Source: Tetramitus jugosus (taxonomy: Eukaryota; Protista; Heterolobosea). From it: a stretch of DNA of 64,000 bases. A model generated the notes under the pieces. The model saw only the letters and a program-made list of their open reading frames with translations, did no database searches and was not told the origin of the DNA. Each line of letters opens with the position of its first letter. Positions within the stretch are counted from its first letter, which is position 1. Positions 39,799 to 50,624 of the stretch are shown here, in pieces. A program made the translations under genes and the position numbers. The stretch covers positions 434,001 to 498,000 of the forward strand of contig OW569344.1 in NCBI GenBank assembly GCA_937625935.1, written 5' to 3'.

Positions 39799-41910
39799 TC
39801 AATTTAGAATAATTGACATCTCTCTCAGCTTCATTTTGAGTGCTTCGATTTGTTTCACTGACATTGATTGACGACATACATCAATGAGTGTTTGAATTGC
39901 TGATAATGGTTGCGCATGCAGAAATCTCTTTCGCTCACTCAGTATAGCGCTGGCTAAAGTTTCCCGATACTCTTCACAGTGGAGCACCAATAATTGTGGC
40001 AACTCGTCCTTCAATGGTATTTTGTAGTTGGTTATATCATTATACAGCTTATACACTGTTTCTGGATCATCCTTAAAGGTCCGTATTAATGTGATCATGG
40101 TAACCAAATCGGGTGTGAAATCTCTACCTAATGTATCTTTCATTTGCGAATAAAAGAATAAGGCCTTCTTTTGCATGTTCGAGTTACACAATCCCTTGAT
40201 TAAAGTATTGTAGGAAACACGATCCATGCTCACTCGATGGATGGACATGTCTCCGAGCACTAAATGCAACTCTGGGAATGAGGTTGCCCGATCTAACAAA
40301 ATATTGAAAGTGTAAACATCGGGTAAGACGCCATACTGTTCCTTGATACCAAGCACAAATTTCCTCGCTTGTTGAAATTCTCTTGTTCTGCACTTGGCAC
40401 CAAGGATATAATTGACCATTCTGATTGTTGGTTTTTGACCATACACTTTGAACATATTCTCAATATAGAGTCTAGTTCCCCGTACATCGTCCACTGCAGC
40501 AAGTACCGATATGGCTGCTTGGTGCAATCTCTCACTGGCATCTGTCAGTTTTGTTTTCTTCAGATGAGTGATGATACGATGAATATACGGCTTATATTGC
40601 TTCATGTTCTGAGACAAATTCTTCCTTAATGTCTCCAACAACAAACCATAAATCGCTGCACTAATCTCTGCATTATCATCAATTAATCGATTCAAAATAT
40701 TCATCGCATCATTCAGCAGATTGGCAGACACACATGCACTCAGTATATGCATGTACTCTTTGGATGAGTACTGAACTCGAAAAACATGCGAATCGTGAAT
40801 CCATTTCTGAGCCAACTGCAACCGCTCCTTCTCAAGCAATGCTGCCTTCTCACGGTCATGATGCTTGAGTCCATGCTTTTGCTCCTGACCAATGGTTTTG
40901 AGCAGTGTTGAAATCATGAAGCTATAGTGAAACGCTGAGAACAAATCAGTTGAATTCACATTGCTTCCATTACCCTCCTCTGTCTTTGTCATTCGATTCT
41001 GTTCCCGTTGTTTCTTCAAGCACAAGTCATAAAAGTAGGCCGCACGATCAAACAATCGACGATTCAAGCAATCAAGAATCACTGGAAACAAAATGGCTGG
41101 ATTCCTTGTTCGCTTCACAGTCAATCGCGTATTCCATTGATCCACAATATAATTCACCACTCGTCTCATCTCATTTCCATCATCACCATTTGCACCTTCA
41201 ACGACAGCACCATCAAAACTAATCTTTTCAGCATCACTAGGCTCCTCATTATCAACAACAACAGTAAACGAAAGACACCTCGAATGTAACAAGAATGCCC
41301 TCACAACTCTCAAATTCCACTGAAACAATTGATTTCTCTCTGCAAATGCAAACATTTTCCGATAGAGACCTTGATTGAACACTGCACTCTCATTCTCCAC
41401 AATCTTTAACAAAATTTCATCCACGAGAAACGTTCCCATTTGTTCAAACTGAACTGATTTGTATGGTCGAGAGCTCTTGTTACTTGATTTATGCTCATGT
41501 TGTTGTTGTTGTTGTTGTTCTTCCATGGTCATCATGGAACTGTTGAGCATGTTCATGATATCGAGACACTCGACTAGTCTACCGTTGCGATAATGATTCA
41601 GTAACATGTGTTTGGTGTTGGGAATGGGTTGAGAGAATTGTATTCTGGGTGGTAACGATGATGATGGTTCATGATGTTGATCTTTTGTTAATGGTTCATG
41701 ATGTTGATGCAAAGTAGCAGTAGGAGTAGCAGTAGCAGTAGTAGTAGTATGAGGATCATTCTGACTGCTGTTGTTTGTTGAGTAAAAGCTTTTGGTGGTG
41801 GTGAATAATGTGGAGGGTGTTGAAATGGTGGTGGAGGTGGTCGTAGTGGTCGTAAGATGAAATGACTGGAATGGTCTCCTCACACAACTGTACCCCCGCC
41901 TGATGATCAT
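39799..41910 (-). CDS. Pentatricopeptide-repeat protein, probably mitochondrial
   Basis: PDVYTFNILL, DRVSYNTLIKGLC, PDLVTMITLI repeats; presequence-like MIIRRGYSCVRRPF (alternative ATG 41979). Confidence 0.88.
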   Translation of the reverse strand: MIIRRGYSCVRRPFQSFHLTTTTTTSTTISTPSTLFTTTKSFYSTNNSSQNDPHTTTTATATPTATLHQHHEPLTKDQHHEPSSSLPPRIQFSQPIPNTKHMLLNHYRNGRLVECLDIMNMLNSSMMTMEEQQQQQQHEHKSSNKSSRPYKSVQFEQMGTFLVDEILLKIVENESAVFNQGLYRKMFAFAERNQLFQWNLRVVRAFLLHSRCLSFTVVVDNEEPSDAEKISFDGAVVEGANGDDGNEMRRVVNYIVDQWNTRLTVKRTRNPAILFPVILDCLNRRLFDRAAYFYDLCLKKQREQNRMTKTEEGNGSNVNSTDLFSAFHYSFMISTLLKTIGQEQKHGLKHHDREKAALLEKERLQLAQKWIHDSHVFRVQYSSKEYMHILSACVSANLLNDAMNILNRLIDDNAEISAAIYGLLLETLRKNLSQNMKQYKPYIHRIITHLKKTKLTDASERLHQAAISVLAAVDDVRGTRLYIENMFKVYGQKPTIRMVNYILGAKCRTREFQQARKFVLGIKEQYGVLPDVYTFNILLDRATSFPELHLVLGDMSIHRVSMDRVSYNTLIKGLCNSNMQKKALFFYSQMKDTLGRDFTPDLVTMITLIRTFKDDPETVYKLYNDITNYKIPLKDELPQLLVLHCEEYRETLASAILSERKRFLHAQPLSAIQTLIDVCRQSMSVKQIEALKMKLREMSIILN

Positions 41911-41998
41911 GACACTGCGTTTTTTGTTTTTTGATTGTTGAGGGCGGAGGACGGAAATTTTCGTTTCACACATGCGCATCACAAAGGGTGAGTTGTAT

Positions 41999-43012
41999 TC
42001 AAACTATTGTGCACTTCTTGTCAGGCCTTGAAGGATAAAAGAGAGGCTCCAAGACTGCCCGGTAACCGGTATCAAATAGCTCCTTGAGATTACGTTGTGT
42101 CCGCGATGAATACGTAATCACTTTAACCACACGATTATTAAAGTAGATATGCTTGCTCACTTCTGCTTGTACTATGTTTCTCTTGTCTTCTGCTTCTTGA
42201 GGAGATACGCTGTCTTCTTTGGATAGCCCAATAATGATAGTACTCAATGGAAAGTTTCTCATACATCGAATGAGCCATGGGTGCACTTGTTCGGCCAACG
42301 ATGGCGACTGACAATCCAAAATGAGTAACACAGTTTGTGCACTGAGAGATGCTTCACCACATCGAAGCATTCGATCATCAGACTCATATATGGTCACGAA
42401 ACAAACCTTCCCATCAATCATAACGTTTGCCGTGCAGAATGACTCTTCATGTAGTCCGTAATTCTCGTCATTGTAACAGTAAGACTTGTATGTTCCTGTC
42501 TTTCCACTAGATTTTGGGCCCAATAGCATCAAAGAAATGCGTACCATGTCAGAATTTTGAAGACCAGGTGAAACAATAGTCTTGGGTGTCAAAATTTGCA
42601 GCAAAATGACTTCAGACTCGACCAAGTTCCTCAACTCTGCACAATAATCAGTGATAGATTCAGGTATTTCTTGGATAACCATCTTAATAAACAGCAATAG
42701 ATTTTGCAGTGGATCCTTACTCTTATGCTTTTTGCTCCGGCGTTTCTTGTCACCATGATCCTCATCATCACACAAGTGTCCATACAGTTGAATCCATTGC
42801 TTGTACACTGCAATCCTTGATAGATAGAGTTCCTTCCAAATGCTTGTTGAGCTTGCCACTCGACACATGTTGTGTCTGGAAGGATCCTTGACTACTAAAC
42901 TGGCCAACAGTAAGACATCAGAAAACTCCAAGTAGGAAAGTATCAAGTTAATGGCATCATCAAACAGTTCTCCAAAGCCTATCCGAGCGCTATGATTTCC
43001 ACTATACTCCAT
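41999..43012 (-). CDS. F-box + degenerate Rac/Rho GTPase domain with CaaX box
   Basis: F-box FGELFDDAINLILSYL; G1 GPKSSGKT, ANVMIDGK, no DxxG, G4 SKED, YSSRTQRNLKELFD...RAVL.P, ends KKCTIV. Confidence 0.8.
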   Translation of the reverse strand: MEYSGNHSARIGFGELFDDAINLILSYLEFSDVLLLASLVVKDPSRHNMCRVASSTSIWKELYLSRIAVYKQWIQLYGHLCDDEDHGDKKRRSKKHKSKDPLQNLLLFIKMVIQEIPESITDYCAELRNLVESEVILLQILTPKTIVSPGLQNSDMVRISLMLLGPKSSGKTGTYKSYCYNDENYGLHEESFCTANVMIDGKVCFVTIYESDDRMLRCGEASLSAQTVLLILDCQSPSLAEQVHPWLIRCMRNFPLSTIIIGLSKEDSVSPQEAEDKRNIVQAEVSKHIYFNNRVVKVITYSSRTQRNLKELFDTGYRAVLEPLFYPSRPDKKCTIV

Positions 43013-43078
43013 TGGAAATATGTTCTTGTTTTTGTTTTTCACTCCGCTGGAAAATGCTGTGCCCGAAAAGAACTGTGC

Positions 43079-45163
43079 TCAGATGGGACCTGAGATAAAA
43101 TCGAAAGAGTCCATATCATTCAATTGGTGAGCACCAATGGTTCCATTTCTTGAGAGAACATTGGTCCATGGGTAGGGGAGTAGTTTGTGGTTTTGCAGAG
43201 CTAGTAGGCTGCCAAGCGAGGCCACACAGACTGCCAAGAACCATTTCATGATGTTGCCTGAGATGTAGACTTGACCCGTGGCACAAGGATTGAAATCAGA
43301 CATCGTTGCTCGTCCAACAAACCAAGGTATGACGAAGAAGAAAGGAATTGCAACACCTAAGTTGATAGCGTACATGATCAAATGGGTCAAGTACATCTCC
43401 TTTTCGTTCCATAGACTAAACTCACCTCTAATTGCAAATATTAGTAGTAATTGCAACGTAGCATGAACCTCCACAAAAGAGAGTAGATAATACTTTCTTG
43501 ATCGATCTTTACAAACATGTTTTAGTTACCTAGAAGAGAATGAGAAATCGAACAAAGCAACATACCTCGAACAAATCGAGAATATCGCTCATCAAAACCA
43601 CTCTTGTCTATTTTATACACCTTGATACCAATCAACTGTAGAAAGGATATCCTTCGAAGAACAAAACGTGAATAAATATTGATTGCATCGATGACCCCAT
43701 ATATTGGCCTTGGAAGCCATAGGAAGTACACCGAGCATTTGTACATCATTTCGAACAACTGATAGACAATAAAAAGTGGCCAGTCGTTAAAGTATACAAT
43801 CATAAGTTTCCAACAATATGTAGAAAACATTATGGAGATAAAGTCTATGAGAAGTTTGTCTGATCTGCAATTAAGGGGTTAGTAAATTGTTTCTCTTCTA
43901 GTACTGCACCCAGCTTACATACAATTTGTTCTCCATTAGGTGTTTGACAAATTTTTGAATCATCCAATTTACTACTGGATATAGCGGTATCAACACACAG
44001 TACACAACTGGTAAACTAGTGGTGGGAACTGCTGAAACCCATGCTATGTCCACAATCAATTGAGAGAATAAACACAGAACAGATAGGCAAACAATGAAGA
44101 AGTTCTTCCCTCTTCTGTTTTTGAGAAGTAGTTCTCTCTCCCATTTTGTCAATAACTCTTGAGTTTTTTCAGGACTTAGCTCATTTTGAGTCTGTGATAC
44201 TTCTGAAGCTCTCAACTGAACTCGGTGGGAATCATACTGAACCTGCGATGTCTGATCTTCCGCTTGTTGTCTTGCAGGGGAAACTTCATTCAAATCTACC
44301 TCTTTTGGCTTTTCATTCGCTTCGTTTGTTGGATAATTCTCCTTTTGAACTGGAATATCGTTATTCTGGACCTGTATCACATCATGAGGTCTTCTTGTCG
44401 TTTCTTCGCTTCTCCCTCTCCTAAACACCTTGGCACATGCTCCTGTTACCCAACGATACACAAAGCTGAAACCAATAGTGAAAATAATTTGAATATAGAC
44501 TGCATATGTGTTAATGATAGATATCTAGAAGGACCTCGTCGAAACAGTCATAACATACATCCTGGTACCATCATCATGGGACGATAGGTCTTGGCAACCA
44601 AGAAAAGAAGAAAAGGGGGGACTGAAAACACGGGAATACTGAGTGCAACAACTACAGCACTTGGGGCTATCCCAAAAACTAAAGGAACAATTGTAGCTGA
44701 AACCAAGGCACCATTGAAAAGACCCACATAGTTCAACTTAATACCAAAGTATCCAACTCTAATCCTACATGTCAATAATGACAAATCACAGAAAACAATA
44801 AGAATAATTTCCATACAAATTCATCTCTGTACTACTGCTGGAGGTTGACTTAGCGAAGTACACAATCATCAAGACGCTGGCCAATCCAAAAATGAGACCA
44901 AGAGACACAACATAACGAATCAAATAAATCCAAAACGGTTTGGCATTCTCATTCTTCTTTGAACTTATGATTACAAATCCATCCTCTCCCCTTGTGTAGT
45001 TATGAAATTCTGAGAAAACATTGTTCTCTGCTGCTTTCTGGCTCTCAATGGAAGAATTGTGCTCAGAAGTAATTTGAGGAGCTTGGTTTTCTTGAGACTC
45101 CGAGTTCAAATCAATCTCCTCTAAATTATTGAACTCTTCCTGTTGAGGTTGGTCTGTGTTCAT
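43079..45163 (-). CDS. Multi-pass membrane protein of unknown function, 5 exons
   Basis: Five ORF fragments join in frame through four GTATG..AG introns (e.g. 44816-44765, 43565-43507); many hydrophobic helices. Confidence 0.75.
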
Positions 45164-45411
45164 TGTTTGCTAAAACCCTTTCGTAGATTTTATGAACGCT
45201 GGTAACCAAAACACCGCAACTTCGCATGTTCGAGTATGACTACTTAGAACTAAGTATAGACGAAGATATTATTCTTGAACTGTAGTACATGTGATCTCAG
45301 TCTTACTGCTTTCCGAAATGAACAACGACACTGCATCTCATTTTTTGATCAGCTCAAGAATGCTACTCGATAGGAACAGAGTTCAAACAATTGCACCACA
45401 AGATCAAATGT

Positions 45412-45963
45412 TTACTTGAATTTGACACCATCGGCATCCGATGTCGATCCTTGAATTAACTCTGCAGCACCTTTCTGATTCAAAACAAATATCGCCTTTC
45501 TGAATAACTCAGGATTCATTCCATAAAACTCCGCTCCTTCACCTGTTTCTCCTTCAAGTAATTCATACACAGTAAGAACGGAACTATTGTATCCATTTTC
45601 ATTGACCCAAGCAAGGATCACATCAGCCCATTGTGCAGGTGTCTTCCAATACACATCAACATGCGTCCTTCGCCTAGCATCATGATACTCTGCTCTTCCC
45701 TCTCTCACCATTTGATCAAAAAAGTGGTAGAGTGAATCCTTGGTAAGCTTTCTATGTATAGAAGCATTGTTAAACAGTGGCATTTCCAGGCATTCATCCA
45801 CATTCAACGTGTAAATGGCCAATTGTTGACAGTATTGTACAATGAGATCGATCCAGAGACGAGTCTGCTTTTCACGAGTTGTCAGAACAGGTTGCAACGT
45901 GTAAAATGGAGGTAGATTGTGGAATGGAGGGTATTTGAACTCTGATGCAGCTTTCGTTGTCAT
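45412..45963 (-). CDS. VPS25: ESCRT-II subunit VPS25
   Basis: PPFYTLQP..TREKQ..LW, LFNN.SI.RKL, YWKTP.QWAD, VLTVYEL..G, GVKF. Confidence 0.95.
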   Translation of the reverse strand: MTTKAASEFKYPPFHNLPPFYTLQPVLTTREKQTRLWIDLIVQYCQQLAIYTLNVDECLEMPLFNNASIHRKLTKDSLYHFFDQMVREGRAEYHDARRRTHVDVYWKTPAQWADVILAWVNENGYNSSVLTVYELLEGETGEGAEFYGMNPELFRKAIFVLNQKGAAELIQGSTSDADGVKFK

Positions 45964-46158
45964 TGTTTGAGACTTGTTCTTTTTTTCTCTCTCCGACAAT
46001 CGGAAAATATCAAATTTAATCACCGATGGTTCAATCGCAACCAAGATGTTCAACTTCTGTTTGCCTCTCTTTTCTTGTCGCAACAATCATTTTCACACAG
46101 ACAGAGTCAAAGCGAAAAGAGTAACAGAAAATTTTTTGTGTGTAGACGAGTGGAGCAA

Positions 46159-48288
46159 ATGAGCACAGCAACAAACTCTGCAACAACAACAAGCATTGTT
46201 GAAGAACAACCAACAGCCGTTGATGATTCGTCAACAACTGCATCAACCACAAATTATCAACCAGTACATGAAACCAAGGACAATTTGCTTCAATTGTTCT
46301 CCAGTGCCAACTCTCCATGGTCACAATACTACAGCGTCGATATTCTCGTCAAGGAAGCAGAAGAGAGACAAAAGAATTCGACTCCTTTGCTATCCAACAA
46401 CCTCAAAGCCAAATTGGCGGAGCGGAAAGCAAAAATGAAATCTTTAAAAATAGAATTGAGCGGCAACAATAATCCTGCGGCTACAACAGCAGTTACATTA
46501 ACAACTACCACCACATCATTGAATGCTTCATCTTCCTTCATCAACAATCATGTTGCAACAGCTTCTTCTTCTTCTGCATCGACGTCAAATAATGGTCAAA
46601 AGAGTGATGCGAACATGAGTGAAAAATTTCCTATTGTTCCTAGCAAGAACAATACTACTATTTTAAATCAACCAACAACTATTGTTATTGCAGAGAGCTC
46701 TGATGAAGAGGACTTTGCACCCACTTCTAAGAATACTTCTGCTACTGCTGCTGTTGTGAATGATTATGTTGATAATGATCTCGTTGTTGAAATTTCATCT
46801 GATGATGATAATGAAGATGATGAAGCTGCTGCAAATAATCAGAATGTTCATCATCCTCAAAAAGATGATGACATTTCAATCAATGATCCTCTCCAAATTC
46901 CGCATGAAGAAGAAGATGCAGATGACTCGGAAGAACCATGGGTTCAACAAGTGTCAAAATCATCCAAATCTCCCTCTCAAAATCAGCAGCAACAACAAAA
47001 CAAGCAAAAGAAGCAACAAGGACAGGATGAGTTTGGTGAAGAATTTGTTTCAATACGTGGTGAAGACGATGACAATGATATGATACTGCGAAGGATTGTG
47101 AGTACTGTTCCTTGGATCACAAAAGAGTACCAGGGACCAAAAGCGTTGCGACTCCATGAAGAACTCATCGAGTTCTACAACTTTGTGAAGCAAACACCGA
47201 GTGAGCACGCACAGAGAGAATCCGTCATCAAACAAGTTGAAGATATTTGTAAGGAAGTGGATCCTACGTGCACCGTGGAACTGTTTGGTAGTTATCCGAG
47301 TGAATTGATGATTCCGGGCAGTGATCTCGATGTTCAGGTCACGAGTGAACTTGATGCAAAGAACTTTTTGACCAAGGTTCATGATGCTGTGAAGCGAAAA
47401 CGATTTGCGTCCAAGATTGAAAAGGTGTTGTCTGCGCGTGTACCCATTGTTAAGTTTGTAGAGTCGAGTACGGGTCAAAACATTGACATTTCGTGCAACA
47501 CGAAGAACAATGTGAGTTTGGCTGTTCAAACGGTGCGAAAATTCAGTCAAACATTCCCTCAATTCAAATATCTTGCCCTGTTCCTAAAGTACTTTTTGAG
47601 GCAGAGAGGTCTCAATGAAGTGTTCAGTGGTGGTCTATCGAGCTTTGGACTCTCTCTCATGATTATCAGTCATTTACAAATGCACAGTTGCAACACAAAT
47701 GCCTCTGATGCTCAAATATCCACACTAGGAACACTGTTGCTAGACTTTTTCGCACTGTATGGTCTCTATTTTAACTATAAGAGCGTAGGTATTGATGTGA
47801 GGCGAGGTGGCACGTATGTGGCCAATCCGAACGATGGTAAGAAGAATCAAATGCTTCAGCTGTATGTCATTGATCCAAACGACTTTACAAACAATGTGAC
47901 AAAGGGCACAGCAAATGTAGCAGGTATTAGACATGCATTCCAACACGCCTTCTCATCACTAACAGCAGATGAGAGTCAATTCACTGGTGATCAGAAGAAT
48001 ATGTCCTTACTCTCACGGATCATTCGTGTGACGAGAGATGACTTGAAACGAAGAGTGTACATTCATCAAGATACAACATTCAAGCAATATTGCTTGACGC
48101 GTGGTGTAATGGTTGATGATCCACGAAGGAGACATCATTACAACAACTACAACAATAACAATGGCAGTAGTAGTAATATTAATCACGCAAACGGATACAA
48201 CAAGCACAACCAAAACTCACGAAAGAATGCCAAGAGAAGAAGAGACGGCAGATCAGACAACAGAGGCAACAAAAAGCAAAAACGATAA
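46159..48288 (+). CDS. Non-canonical poly(A) polymerase Trf4/PAPD5 (TENT4), TRAMP complex
   Basis: LHEEL..FY, FGSY...L..PGSDLD, ARVPIVKF, LRQRGLNEVFSGGLSS, LGTLLLDFF.LYG, DPND..NNV. Confidence 0.92.
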   Translation: MSTATNSATTTSIVEEQPTAVDDSSTTASTTNYQPVHETKDNLLQLFSSANSPWSQYYSVDILVKEAEERQKNSTPLLSNNLKAKLAERKAKMKSLKIELSGNNNPAATTAVTLTTTTTSLNASSSFINNHVATASSSSASTSNNGQKSDANMSEKFPIVPSKNNTTILNQPTTIVIAESSDEEDFAPTSKNTSATAAVVNDYVDNDLVVEISSDDDNEDDEAAANNQNVHHPQKDDDISINDPLQIPHEEEDADDSEEPWVQQVSKSSKSPSQNQQQQQNKQKKQQGQDEFGEEFVSIRGEDDDNDMILRRIVSTVPWITKEYQGPKALRLHEELIEFYNFVKQTPSEHAQRESVIKQVEDICKEVDPTCTVELFGSYPSELMIPGSDLDVQVTSELDAKNFLTKVHDAVKRKRFASKIEKVLSARVPIVKFVESSTGQNIDISCNTKNNVSLAVQTVRKFSQTFPQFKYLALFLKYFLRQRGLNEVFSGGLSSFGLSLMIISHLQMHSCNTNASDAQISTLGTLLLDFFALYGLYFNYKSVGIDVRRGGTYVANPNDGKKNQMLQLYVIDPNDFTNNVTKGTANVAGIRHAFQHAFSSLTADESQFTGDQKNMSLLSRIIRVTRDDLKRRVYIHQDTTFKQYCLTRGVMVDDPRRRHHYNNYNNNNGSSSNINHANGYNKHNQNSRKNAKRRRDGRSDNRGNKKQKR

Positions 48289-48551
48289 ACGACCAACCAC
48301 CTATTTTATTCATCGAATATGTGAATGGCTTTCGTTGTATTACAACACACTCAATTACAAGAGTGTGTGAAATGACGTTGAATCATGATCAACTTTCCGG
48401 ATTTTCTCCGTTACAACAATTTCCACTCCGCGATCTCTGACGATGGTCACACACCGACACTGCGCGATCACCCTCGCATCAACAAGAAAGAAACCCAATC
48501 ACATCATCCACCACCCACACAACAACTACAAACACAAACAACAACACAAGA

Positions 48552-49013
48552 ATGTCCAACAACGAAAGAACTTTTATTGCCTTGAAGCCTGATGCCGTCC
48601 AAAGAGGACTTGTCGGTGAGATCATCTCCAGATTCGAAAGAAAGGGATTCAAGTTGGTTGCCTTGAAGCTTGTTACTGCTTCCAAGGACTTGGCTGAGAA
48701 CCATTATGCTGAGCACAAGGAGAGACCATTCTTTGGTGGTTTGGTTTCCTTCTTGACCTCTGGCCCAGTTGTCGCTATGATCTGGGAAGGTAAGGGTGTT
48801 GTTGCCTCTGCAAGAACCTTGATTGGTGCAACCAACCCATTGACCTCCACCCCTGGCACCATTAGAGGTGACTTGGCTGTTGATGTTGGCAGAAACGTCA
48901 TCCACGGATCTGACTCTGTTGAAAGCGCTCAAAGAGAAATTGCTTTGTGGTTCCAACAAGACGAACAAAACGAATGGACTCCATCCCAAAACTCATGGGT
49001 TTACGAAAAGTAA
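48552..49013 (+). CDS. NDK: Nucleoside diphosphate kinase (group I)
   Basis: [32 protein letters not shown] catalytic His. Confidence 0.98.
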   Translation: MSNNERTFIALKPDAVQRGLVGEIISRFERKGFKLVALKLVTASKDLAENHYAEHKERPFFGGLVSFLTSGPVVAMIWEGKGVVASARTLIGATNPLTSTPGTIRGDLAVDVGRNVIHGSDSVESAQREIALWFQQDEQNEWTPSQNSWVYEK

Positions 49014-49090
49014 ATTGTAAATTCGTTGATCGTTGAAAAAACCTAATGTTTGTTGTTTTATTGCAGTCTACAACCTTGGGATTGACCCGA

Positions 49091-50519
49091 TCAGTCGTAC
49101 GACTCATCCAACAAAAAGGAAGTATTGCCATTATTGATGGCAAATGGATCGAAACCAAAGTTTTCAGGAACGATTCCTGCCGATTGAGCTCTCTTGATTT
49201 GTTTTTGTGTGCTGGCACTCTGACTCCTCGTTGTTTTGACCTTGGCTTGCATGAGACTGTCGGTCAATACTCCTGTTCTCATGTCCATGTTTCGTATCTC
49301 GCCCTTCAACCTTTGCAATGCTTGCTTGATCTGGTTCAATGGTGTAGTGTCTCCCATCTTCTTTCTCAGATTGTCCACTCCATTGTTGACTTGTTCCAGG
49401 TCTGATGACACTGAACTGAGTTCGTTCGTGAGTGTATTGATGCTCTCTTCGTATTCCTTGTATTTGGTTGTAATCTGCTCAAGATCTTCCTGGTTCTTCT
49501 TGAATGTGTTGAGCATGGATGATATGGATGAGTCATCACTTAGCATTTTCTCTCTCTTTGCGATACGGTCCGTCAACTTTGATACTTCTTCAGAGATGCG
49601 AGACAGTTTCTCTGTTGTGTCAGGCAGAAGCTCTTGAATAATCTTCTCCTGTTCTGACATTGATTCCACATGAGTTCTCCAATCCTTGTGATCTACATTC
49701 AGTCTTAGAACGAGCTGTGGCGCGACATGTTCTAGCTCTAATCTCCACTCCTGTGCATTGACATCACTCTCAATTGCTTTGTTTCTTGGAATTTCCTCCC
49801 CCTTCTTTTCTTTGCTCTTTGCCCTATACTCTACATACATATCCTCTTCTTCTGACTCTTCTTCAATGTTGTTCTCCTCATCTTCTGCGTCCTCTTCATC
49901 ATATATGTCATCTTCTGAGAAGACAATACTTGGTGGGATGACTGGAGATCTCATCCTTAGATTTTGCTTCTGGATAGCCAAGTCCAACAATTGATCCAGC
50001 GCAAAGCATATTGCATCTCCATATCCTTGTTTAAGTTTGGCAGGTGAATCAACAATCACGCCAACCTTCTTGAGCTCCGTCACAAGACTAGAAGCAGTTG
50101 CATTTGGGTCAGAGTACTGATCAGGTGATTCATATCCTGGGACCTTCAGCAAATCTTGAAGGATCCACGAAATATATTCTACAAGCGTTCGAAACTGTTC
50201 TCCAGGATTCAACCGATTCTGTGTGGCAAAGTACGTCCTTGAGATAGGTGAAAACACATCTTCATAGTTCAGAAGCTTCAATTTGTCTACAATATCCTCC
50301 ATGATAACAAATGGACTGGCAGGAGCAGGTTTCTACATGGGTAAGAATCGAACATTAGCTCAATGTAAAAATTGACAAGGACAGTCGTACAAACAACGAG
50401 AAAACACTTACCTCGGGTCTCCGAGCTAGACTCCGTGTTCCTCCAGTGCCAGACCCTTGGATGTCCTCTTGGTCCTCTTCGTCTTGATCTCTTTCTTCCA
50501 CTCTATCTTCTTCCTCCAT
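49091..50519 (-). CDS. IFT57: Intraflagellar transport protein 57 (HIPPI), 2 exons
   Basis: DKLKLLNYE, NPGEQF, KLKQGYG, EWRLELEHVAPQL, KDWRTH, D.TPL..IKQAL..LK.EI..MD.R.GV; exon 1 50519-50412, intron 50411-50333. Confidence 0.93.
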
Positions 50520-50624
50520 TGTTTCCAAGTATTTAAGTAGGGATGTAACTCTTCTTGTTTCTGATCAGGACTCTCGGAGAAATAGGATTCGTTTGTTCGT
50601 AGATGGAGGAAGGGCGCCGAGAAT

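Noticed and set aside
45967-46086. Apparent head-to-head overlap of VPS25 and Trf4 ORFs
   Set aside because: Artefact of non-ATG starts in the ORF track; the first ATGs (45963 and 46159) are 195 nt apart
48372-48440. Possible C/D snoRNA (ATGATCA..CTGA) upstream of NDK
   Set aside because: Box C is non-canonical, the rRNA-like complement is not adjacent to a D/D' box, and the region is more simply the NDK promoter
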